Source: Candidatus Micrarchaeota archaeon (GTDB lineage Archaea > Micrarchaeota > Micrarchaeia > Anstonellales > Anstonellaceae). From it: a stretch of 50,556 nt of DNA. The stretch is from assembly GCA_043806415.1 (NCBI GenBank), contig JAZDHB010000058.1:1-50556 (forward strand). Direction: 5' to 3'. A program made the position numbers and the translations under genes. The number at the start of each line of letters is the position of its first letter. Position 1 is the stretch's first letter. Under the pieces are notes generated by a model that worked only from the letters and a program-made list of their open reading frames with translations, did no database searches and was not told the DNA's origin. Shown piece after piece: positions 42,226 to 49,428 of the stretch.

Positions 42226-42259
42226 TCCGTCCGGTTGAGTACGGTCCGTCCGATCAAGA

Positions 42260-42664
42260 TTACGGTTCATCCCGCTCTTCTTGGGATGGCGCTCGCGGGC
42301 GGCCCGCGTTTTTTGCGCTCGGCGCCAAGTCCGATCCGGGTTTTCCCGCCCCGAGCTCTTCCCCTTCGTGCCGGGCCAGCCTCTCCGTCTTCACCTTCTG
42401 GATCATGAGATAAACGAAGGTGTTGAAGCGGTCCAAATCCATCCCGCCGCCCGCGGCCGCTTTCTCCGATCTCTCCAGAAGGCGCACCAAATCCACCAGA
42501 AGCCGGGGATCGACCCGCGAGCCCGCCCCCTGTTCGCGGGCTTTCTCCATGAGAAGAAGACGGGTCATGGCCAGCTCCTTGTGCAGGCGCGCAAGCCCCG
42601 GTTTTTTTTCCCGGATGTGCGCGCCGAATTCCGAGCTTAGGGCCACGACGGTTTCCCACGACAT
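42260..42664 (-). CDS. Hypothetical protein (weak call)
   Basis: 134 aa ORF with more protein-like composition than the overlapping Arg/Gly-rich frames. No family recognised. Confidence 0.35.
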   Translation of the reverse strand: MSWETVVALSSEFGAHIREKKPGLARLHKELAMTRLLLMEKAREQGAGSRVDPRLLVDLVRLLERSEKAAAGGGMDLDRFNTFVYLMIQKVKTERLARHEGEELGAGKPGSDLAPSAKNAGRPRAPSQEERDEP

Positions 42665-42757
42665 TTTTTTGAGGCTGGGAGTGACGGGCTCTGGCAGGAT
42701 GTACGTGGCTGCCGTCCATTCCTTTCCAGAGTCCGTGCAATCGCCTCGCGTGGGGGG

Positions 42758-43636
42758 CTATTTCTCCTCACGCCGTTTGATTCCCTGGTAAGCCACCAGC
42801 CCGACCAGTCCCACGCCGCCGACCGTCGGCAGGCAGCAGCACGAGAGCGGGCTGCTTCCCCCCGTAGTGATCGCGTTGGCCGTGTTGCTGTTGGGTTGGT
42901 TGGGTAAGATCTGCGTGGCTCCAGACGAAGAGCCGGTTTCGCACACTCCGCTCACCGGGTTGCAGGTCTGTCCCTTGGTGCAGGGCGGGTTGAGATACTG
43001 GCATCCTGGCTTGGTGGTGCACACGCCGTTCGGGTTGGTGGATTTATCGCAAGTCTGCATGGACGTGCAGGTCACGGTGCCATACGCGCACCCCTGCTTG
43101 GGGGTGCAGGTGCCCTTGTCCGTCTTGTCCGCCTCGACGAATTTGCATTCTTGGGATGGCGAGCAGGTCAGCGTCTTCCAGCGGCAGCTTCCCGCCACCA
43201 CCTCGCAGCCCACATTGTTGCTTTTCATCTGCTGGCCGACCGGGCAGCCGCAGGCGTTCGCGTCATCGACGATCGAACCCTGGACGCACCTCTTGGGCTT
43301 GTCGGCCGCGCATTGCTGGTCATTGACCGACGCGCCGTTGTATGTGCAAGTCGTTTTGACGCACTGGTGGCTGGCACTCTCGATATAGCCCGGGAATTTC
43401 GAGCAGGCGCACTTGTCCTTGAATGCGGTCAAGCCGTTGGGGTCCAGCGCGCTCACCAGCACGTGCCCGTTGTCGCCTGTCCAGCATACCATTCCGGGCT
43501 GGGTCTGGGAGCATGCGCCATACGCCGTCCCGTCGCTACAGGGACTGACATCCAGCGTAATCTCTCCAGCATAGAGCAGCGGGGCCGCCATGGCCACTGC
43601 CAATACCAAAATGATCAGATAATTCTTGCCTATCAT
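42758..43636 (-). CDS. Cysteine-rich secreted protein with a C-terminal tripartite anchor
   Basis: The ATG at 43636 gives MIGKNYLIILVLAVAMAAPLLYA (a signal peptide). Many regularly spaced Cys residues occur in short repeated C-x(4-8)-C modules. The C-terminus is LPTVGG plus a hydrophobic stretch plus KRREEK. Confidence 0.6.
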   Translation of the reverse strand: MIGKNYLIILVLAVAMAAPLLYAGEITLDVSPCSDGTAYGACSQTQPGMVCWTGDNGHVLVSALDPNGLTAFKDKCACSKFPGYIESASHQCVKTTCTYNGASVNDQQCAADKPKRCVQGSIVDDANACGCPVGQQMKSNNVGCEVVAGSCRWKTLTCSPSQECKFVEADKTDKGTCTPKQGCAYGTVTCTSMQTCDKSTNPNGVCTTKPGCQYLNPPCTKGQTCNPVSGVCETGSSSGATQILPNQPNSNTANAITTGGSSPLSCCCLPTVGGVGLVGLVAYQGIKRREEK

Positions 43637-43829
43637 GTGATCACGTCTCCTCGTTATTAGGGATATACACATAATTATAAATATTTCTATCGGGAGCGCG
43701 TGGAAAGCGGGTTTGCGCCCAACGCTCGTTTGGGTTTTCGTGCTGTTTTTTTGGTATATAAAAAAAAGAGAAGTATGTCCTGTTTGGCCGGCTTGGGCAC
43801 CACGACAAGGCGTTCAGAAGATAAGCCGC

Positions 43830-45998
43830 CTAGACGATTTTTCCCCGTGCCAGCTGGGGCGAGCCGCCCCCTTTCGCGCCTTTTTCCTTGAGCATCGCCA
43901 GCGCGTCCTTGCCGCTCGACGGGGGGCAGGCGATCACCATGAATTTCTCGTTGTTTTGCAGAACCGCCGTCAAGCCGGCATCGACAATCTTCTGCGCTGC
44001 AGAATCCATGGATTTTGAATCGAACGATAGGTCGGATATTTCGACCAAGGTGCGATTCTCTTTTTTGGCTTTTTCGATTTCAGCAAGAACGAGCGCCAAT
44101 GCGGCCGTCTCTGAGAGCTTGTCGACCTGTTTTCGCAGGTTTTTCCAGCCATCGAATATTCTGGCCACCGAGGCGGGCAGCTGGTTCTCGGGCACGCCCA
44201 GTCCGTCGGCCATCCTGCGCACGAGCGCCTCGCGTTCCTGCACGTATCTCACGGCCGCCATGGCGCACTTGAACGTCACCCGCTCCACGCCGTCCTGCAC
44301 CGATTCGCGCTTGACGATCTTGAAGAAGCCGATGTCGCCCGTGCGATCCACGTGCGTGCCGCCGCACGCCTGGTGGTCAATGTCGCCGATGGAGACGATT
44401 CTCAGCTCGAGGCCCGGCACGGCCCCGCCCTGGTAAATCCTAAATCCGAATTTGGCTTCCGCTTCCGAGCGCGCGTAAATCTTCTTTGGCACCGGCAGGT
44501 TCGAGCAGATGATATCGTTGGCCTTGCGCTCGATGGCATCCAGTTCCTCGTCCGTAATGCGTTTGTAATGCGTCAGGTCCAGGTGCGCCTTGTTCTCGTC
44601 CTTGTGCGAGCCGCACTGCCAGACGTGCGGGCCGAGCACCTCACGCGCGGCGGCGTTGAGCATGTGCGCCCCGGAATGGTGGGCCATGATCTGTTTTCGC
44701 CGGTCGGCCTCGATCTCGCCGGGCACGGTCTGGCCCACCTCGAACTTCTCCGGGTGGGGCACCTTGTGCAGCACCACGCCGGCCTCTTTCTTGACTTCCA
44801 GCACGCCCTGCTCCGCGAGCGCACCGGAGTCCGACACCTGCCCGCCGGATTCGGCGTAGAACGCGGTCTTGTCCAGCACGATCCAGCCGTCCTTGATGGC
44901 GACGACCTTGGCCTTGAACTTGAACTCCCCGTTGTAGCAGAGCATCTCGGTCTTGGGCAGGCCCATGACGTCGACCGACGGCAGCTTGGCCGTTTCCTCG
45001 TCCGCATGGCGCACCGAGGAATAGAAATCATCGGGAATCTCGAGGTCAAGCTTCTGCTCTCTGGCCGTGCTCTGCACCATCTCGGGCGGGATGCCGTCGG
45101 AGATGTACAGCGTGGTGAGCTCCTGCACGCTGATTTTTCTCTGCTCGCGCGCGGCCTTCATGACTAGGTTGGCCACCTTGCCCCTCGCCTTCACCTGGGT
45201 GGCGCGGTATTTGGCCAGCTCCTCAGCCACCACGTCGATGGCGGTCGGCACCCCTTCCACCAGGTTCGGGAAAAGGGGCTTGAGGTGCTGGGCGTGTCCC
45301 TCGAGCACGTCGGCCCAGTCCATGCCCCAGTGGTATTCGTCGTCGAAGCTGAACGCCCGGCGAAGGATCAGGCGCAGGTTGTACCCCCCGCCCGAGTTGG
45401 AGGGCAGCTGCCCGTCCGTGATCGTGAAGAGGTTGGTGAGCAGGTGATCCGCGCTCGCATAGAGCGCGAACTGCTCGTCAAGCGACGTGAAAAGCGCTTT
45501 GCGGTCCATGCCCAATTTGTGCGCAATCGCTTCCTGCTGCGAATGCACTGAGCGCCCCTCCTCGGCATCCAGTCCGCCGGAGAGTTTGGCATACTGCTCG
45601 AACACCTTGGGATCAAGGCGCACGCCGCCCTTCGCCTTCATCTTGTCGATGACTGGCCCGAAAATCAGCTCGTAGGACGTGGGCGTGCCATGCTGGATCC
45701 AGCAGAGCCTCGCAAGGCCCGCGCCCATGTCGATGACCTTGGTCGAAAGCTCGCGCGCGCCGCCGTCCGGCAGCGTCTCGTACTGCATGAACACGCAATT
45801 GCCCAGCTCGATGCCCCGGCAGAAGTATTCCATGGACGGGCCGAAGTTGCCGCCGCCCACCCACACGTCCTCCTTGAACACGATCTCTTCCTCGTCAAGT
45901 CCCAGCGCGAGGAGATAGTTGATGTCGTGGCGGATGGCCTCGTCCTTCCAGTAGAACGTGCCGGTCTTGGCCGTGTTGAAGCCCAGCTGGCCGAACAT
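43830..45998 (-). CDS. alaS: Alanine--tRNA ligase, C-terminal 722-aa fragment; the gene is interrupted by a frameshift near 46020
   Basis: MFGQLGFN..., the tRNA-recognition and editing domain (HSGAHMLNAA, CGGTHV), and the C-terminal DHHA1-like region. Homology continues upstream of this ATG in the same frame (RHYTNFV). Confidence 0.85.
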   Translation of the reverse strand: MFGQLGFNTAKTGTFYWKDEAIRHDINYLLALGLDEEEIVFKEDVWVGGGNFGPSMEYFCRGIELGNCVFMQYETLPDGGARELSTKVIDMGAGLARLCWIQHGTPTSYELIFGPVIDKMKAKGGVRLDPKVFEQYAKLSGGLDAEEGRSVHSQQEAIAHKLGMDRKALFTSLDEQFALYASADHLLTNLFTITDGQLPSNSGGGYNLRLILRRAFSFDDEYHWGMDWADVLEGHAQHLKPLFPNLVEGVPTAIDVVAEELAKYRATQVKARGKVANLVMKAAREQRKISVQELTTLYISDGIPPEMVQSTAREQKLDLEIPDDFYSSVRHADEETAKLPSVDVMGLPKTEMLCYNGEFKFKAKVVAIKDGWIVLDKTAFYAESGGQVSDSGALAEQGVLEVKKEAGVVLHKVPHPEKFEVGQTVPGEIEADRRKQIMAHHSGAHMLNAAAREVLGPHVWQCGSHKDENKAHLDLTHYKRITDEELDAIERKANDIICSNLPVPKKIYARSEAEAKFGFRIYQGGAVPGLELRIVSIGDIDHQACGGTHVDRTGDIGFFKIVKRESVQDGVERVTFKCAMAAVRYVQEREALVRRMADGLGVPENQLPASVARIFDGWKNLRKQVDKLSETAALALVLAEIEKAKKENRTLVEISDLSFDSKSMDSAAQKIVDAGLTAVLQNNEKFMVIACPPSSGKDALAMLKEKGAKGGGSPQLARGKIV

Positions 45999-46465
45999 GA
46001 CGAAATTGGTGTAATGCCTCCGGTCACGCCCACGTTGGTCAGGTCGGAGAAGCGGATGCAGGGCTGGGGAACGATGATCGGATTGGCCGGCGGAGGCATC
46101 TCACCGGACACCACGTAGGGCTGGAAATCGTTGATGGAAGCGATGGTGAAATAGAGATCGTCGCGCCACCGGGCCACCGTCGGGTACGGGGCGATGGCCG
46201 TGTGCCCGTTCGAGGTGAAATAGCGCTCGATCTCCCGCCACGTCTCGACGTAGCCCAGCTTCTTCTGGCTGCCGGGCTGGCCGATGAACTGGTACCCGAC
46301 GCACGTGGCGTCGGCGCACATTTCCCGCCTGTTCTTGGCCCAGAAATGCGTCTTGCAGTTCTGGCACTGCTGGCGCGTGTATCCGCGCTCGATGAGGCTC
46401 GGCAATTTGTAATGCTTCTCCCATTCGGCCCCGAACTGGGCGCGAAGCTGCTGCTTGTCCGTCAT
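45665..46465 (-). CDS. alaS: Alanine--tRNA ligase, N-terminal fragment. Only about 46020-46465 is homologous; the remainder is out-of-frame read-through.
   Basis: MTDKQQLRAQFG...RGYTRQQCQNCKTHFW...ATCVGYQFIG...PTVARWRDDLYFTIASINDFQPYVVSGEMPPPANPIIVPQPCIRFSDLTNVGVTG is followed by non-homologous sequence. Confidence 0.75.
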   Translation of the reverse strand: MTDKQQLRAQFGAEWEKHYKLPSLIERGYTRQQCQNCKTHFWAKNRREMCADATCVGYQFIGQPGSQKKLGYVETWREIERYFTSNGHTAIAPYPTVARWRDDLYFTIASINDFQPYVVSGEMPPPANPIIVPQPCIRFSDLTNVGVTGGITPISSCSASWASTRPRPARSTGRTRPSATTSTISSRWDLTRKRSCSRRTCGWAAATSARPWNTSAGASSWAIACSCSTRRCRTAARASFRPRSSTWARALRGSAGSSMARPRPTS

Positions 46466-46623
46466 GTAAAACACATGGCGAGATGAAATTAAAAACACGC
46501 CTGTTGTCCAAAAACCAGTTTTCCTTCTATAATTTTCTTTTTCCCTGAAGGCTTTTTCTTTTCCTCAGAAGACGAACTATTTCTTTCTTTTTAGTGGAGG
46601 TTTTTCTTTCGGGGTCAAGCCAA

Positions 46624-46645
46624 TTTCTTTTCCGCAGAAAAGAAA
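46624..46645 (-). terminator. T-rich hairpin 11 nt downstream of tRNA-Val
   Basis: The minus strand reads TTTCTTTTC-TGCG-GAAAAGAAA, a perfect 9-bp stem. Confidence 0.4.
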
Positions 46646-46656
46646 GGGGATTGAAT

Positions 46657-46729
46657 TGGACTCGCGCGGGATCGAACCGCGAATCTCCTCTGTGTGAGAG
46701 AGGCGTGTTAACCATTCCACCACGAGTCC
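46657..46729 (-). tRNA. tRNA-Val (anticodon CAC), no encoded CCA
   Basis: The reverse complement is GGACTCGTGGTGGAATGGTTAACACGCCTCTCTCACACAGAGGAGATTCGCGGTTCGATCCCGCGCGAGTCCA. It has a 7-bp acceptor stem GGACTCG/CGAGTCC, anticodon stem CCTCT/AGAGG with loop CTCACAC, and T arm CGCGG-TTCGATC-CCGCG. Confidence 0.9.
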
Positions 46730-46755
46730 GAATCGCTCCCATCAGGAGTTTGACG

Positions 46756-46768
46756 TATTAGGTTAAAC
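46756..46768 (-). promoter_or_regulatory. Possible TATA-like element for tRNA-Val
   Basis: The minus strand reads GTTTAACCTAATA, 27-39 nt upstream of the tRNA 5' end. Confidence 0.3.
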
Positions 46769-47081
46769 TTTGCTTTTCTACGTCGTGTTTTTCCACTACT
46801 TTTTAGCCGCAAAATTCAGGAAAAATCGGCCATGGGCCGACTCTTCAGATTTTCACGGATTTCACACTTGGATTTTCTTTGACGGCGATTGTTTTTATAC
46901 CTTGCATATTCGCCATCAGTCGTCCAGCTGCTTGTGATTGGCCTGCGCTCAAAAGGAACTGAAAGCCCCACCTCCATTCTCAATGCAACGGATTCTACAG
47001 TTTATGCTGCACCTGTCAGTATCCTTACGCCGGACAATACTAAACCTTACTACACAAATGCGATTATTCACTATCCATCAG

Positions 47082-47090
47082 CTTTAAATA
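47082..47090 (+). promoter_or_regulatory. TATA box for the AlbA_2-type gene
   Basis: CTTTAAATA lies 24-32 nt upstream of the ATG at 47114, followed by CCCCCTCC. Confidence 0.4.
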
Positions 47091-47113
47091 CCCCCTCCGA
47101 CCCTGTTTATCTC

Positions 47114-48424
47114 ATGCAACCAAGCACACACGAGGACCACAAGACCGAGTTCAAGAAGAGCCTGGACGAGGACGCGATTGCCAAGACCATGACGGCCTTC
47201 GCCAATGGCCACGGCGGGAGAGTATATGTCGGCATCTCGGATGACGGAAATGTCGTGGGCGCTCGCATTGGAAAGCAGAAGCTGGAGCAGTTCACCCGCC
47301 GGATCCACGATGACACCACGCCTCCGATCGCGTTCGAGACGCGCTTTGAGAAGAGCGGTTCCGAGGAAGTGCTCGTCATCGAAGTTCATCCGGCCAAGCG
47401 CAAGCCCGTATTCTACCTCGGCCTGGCCTACAAGCGCGTGAACAAGACCACGCTCAAAATAACCGACCCAGAAGAGCTGCGCAGCCTCTTCGTGAACAAG
47501 ACCGTATTCTTCGATGACACTCCCTGCCCGTCCGCCGGTATCAAGGATCTGGACGAGGAGACCATCCGCCAGTTTACCTCTATGGCCGTCGCGTCCGGCC
47601 GCCTCGCGCACCCTGCCACCAAAGAGGATGAGTTCCTCGTAAAGTTGGGCCTGATGGAGGGGCAGGAGCTCAAGAACGGGGCCGTGATGCTTTTCGGAAG
47701 AGACCCATCCGCGTTCTTCCCGGTCTGGGGCATCCGCTGCGCGGTTGTCTCGTCCGGCATGGACTTCCAGGACATGCAGGATTTCAACGGCAACCTCATC
47801 CTGTCTATCGACCAGGCGCTCCTGTATATCCGCTCCAAAGTCCCGAAGGAAATGAAGGTGGAAGGCCTGCGGCGTGTTGAGACGCCCCGCATACCTGAGC
47901 GGGCCATCCGTGAGGCGCTGGTCAATGCGGTTGCCCACAGGGACTATTTCTTCCCCTCTTTCGTCTATGTCACCATCGGCCCGGACTACGTCGAGATAAA
48001 GAACCCAGGGCGGTTGGAGGGGCTGACTCCCGACGACCTGTCCAAGGTGCACTCCTCCGTCATCAAGAACCCCAACATCGCACGGGCGTTCTTCCTCTGC
48101 AAATACATCGAGACATGGGGTTCGGGCACCGTCAAGATATACCAGGCCATGCGCCAGAACGGGCTCAAAGACCCCCAGTTCGGCTTCGACCCCATGTTCT
48201 CTGTGCGGTTGAGCATGCAGCCACAGAAGCTCAATGAGCGGCAAAAATACATTCTGGCGGCTATTCAGGCCGGAAAGTCTCTCAAGCCGACCGAGGTTGC
48301 GAACAAATACGACATCTCGGTCTCGGCTACCGTCGGCGACTTCGCACATCTGGTGGAGCTGGGCCTCATCCAAAAGAGCGGGAAGGGGAGGTCAAGCGTA
48401 TTCGCTCTTACTAAAGTATACTAA
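47114..48424 (+). CDS. Schlafen/AlbA_2 DNA-binding domain plus HATPase_c_4-like domain plus C-terminal wHTH protein (COG2865-type putative regulator)
   Basis: The ATG at 47114 lies inside ORF 46889..48424. EDHKTEFKKSL...AKTMTAFANGHGGRVYVGISDDGNVVG is the AlbA_2 signature. REALVNAVAHRDY...IKNPG...NPNIARAF...IETWGSG is the ATPase-like domain. An HTH-like tail is present. Confidence 0.75.
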   Translation: MQPSTHEDHKTEFKKSLDEDAIAKTMTAFANGHGGRVYVGISDDGNVVGARIGKQKLEQFTRRIHDDTTPPIAFETRFEKSGSEEVLVIEVHPAKRKPVFYLGLAYKRVNKTTLKITDPEELRSLFVNKTVFFDDTPCPSAGIKDLDEETIRQFTSMAVASGRLAHPATKEDEFLVKLGLMEGQELKNGAVMLFGRDPSAFFPVWGIRCAVVSSGMDFQDMQDFNGNLILSIDQALLYIRSKVPKEMKVEGLRRVETPRIPERAIREALVNAVAHRDYFFPSFVYVTIGPDYVEIKNPGRLEGLTPDDLSKVHSSVIKNPNIARAFFLCKYIETWGSGTVKIYQAMRQNGLKDPQFGFDPMFSVRLSMQPQKLNERQKYILAAIQAGKSLKPTEVANKYDISVSATVGDFAHLVELGLIQKSGKGRSSVFALTKVY

Positions 48425-48455
48425 ACATTTCAAATAGTGTAGTATGGTTTAGTAT
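48418..48455 (+). promoter_or_regulatory. 9-bp inverted repeat sharing its core with the vapB operator-like repeat
   Basis: ATACTAAAC lies at 48418-48426 and GTTTAGTAT at 48447-48455. It sits between the AlbA_2 gene stop and the next ORF. Confidence 0.4.
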
Positions 48456-48471
48456 CATACGACGTAAGGGA

Positions 48472-49428
48472 ATGATAATGTGTAGAATTAAGTCCAGAAT
48501 CATGCTCGAAGATAACCACAAAAACGAACAGAAGGTTGATATCATGGATCCACTGAACCAAGAAATCAAAGCCATCTACACTCTCCTCACAGACGCGACG
48601 AAAGTCAAATCTGGCGATTATTCCAAGCCGGACCAGAAGCGGATAAAAAGAATCATCAATGTCCTTGATACCAACCAAATCAAGGCATTCGCCAAAACGA
48701 AGAACATCAAATTGGTCGGGGAGCGAAAATTCCAGCTAATCATGCCCGTTGCAAGAGGCTCGACGCTGGAAGAATTCACGCGCTTCTTGACCGATTATGT
48801 AAATCGTTCGCGCAAGACGCCCAGAACATCTGTCTTCGAATCGCTGGGAAAAATCAATCCGGTGGAAGACTGGGGCACAATCCAATCCAGTCTGCAAACC
48901 GAATTTCGGAAGTGCGGCCCATTCTCAACTCTGCCGGATAGCAAAAAAGTCACGGTAATCGAAAAAGCCCGCCTGCTGGACGGATATTCCGAGTATACTT
49001 TTAGATATCCAGTCTCGGCCACGGTAAAAGAATGGAAGAACGATGATCACGATTTCAAAAAGCCCGCGTCTGTAAGATTCCGCGTGATGACCACTGGAGA
49101 GCTATTGGTAACTCCCCCCAGCAAGAACAAGGAGCACTACTCTCTCGTTTGGGAAGTCATGAAAAAGGTTTTGAGTGCCAGTGAAGTTCCAGTGAGCTCC
49201 AAAAAGAAAGAGGAGACGAAACAGCAATTCTTGGAGGGCAAAGTCGAAGCGACTGAGGCCAAGTTCCTGCATGTCGAGAACGGGAAGAGATTCAAGCTGG
49301 CCATAGAGGGCGACGGGGCCTTGGAGTATCTCAAGAATATCCTTGGTGAAAAATACCAAGCTTTTAGCGAGGCATTTGACTTGGTTAGCGGCGTTGAAAA
49401 AGATGGTCGGAAACGGACGTTTATCTAA
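48472..49428 (+). CDS. Hypothetical protein, no recognisable family
   Basis: 318 aa ORF with lower GC and normal composition. Alternative starts lie at 48502 and 48544. Its 3' end overlaps the next ORF by 26 nt. Confidence 0.5.
   Translation: MIMCRIKSRIMLEDNHKNEQKVDIMDPLNQEIKAIYTLLTDATKVKSGDYSKPDQKRIKRIINVLDTNQIKAFAKTKNIKLVGERKFQLIMPVARGSTLEEFTRFLTDYVNRSRKTPRTSVFESLGKINPVEDWGTIQSSLQTEFRKCGPFSTLPDSKKVTVIEKARLLDGYSEYTFRYPVSATVKEWKNDDHDFKKPASVRFRVMTTGELLVTPPSKNKEHYSLVWEVMKKVLSASEVPVSSKKKEETKQQFLEGKVEATEAKFLHVENGKRFKLAIEGDGALEYLKNILGEKYQAFSEAFDLVSGVEKDGRKRTFI

Noticed and set aside
46527-46742. 71-aa minus-strand ORF
   Set aside because: It overlaps tRNA-Val and the T-rich spacer. The tRNA explains the sequence.
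46730-47113. Integrase gene or att duplication expected for a tRNA-linked island
   Set aside because: No integrase-like ORF is present, and I found no duplicated segment of tRNA-Val in the window. The block also lies on the 5' side of the tRNA. Island status therefore rests only on composition and gene content.
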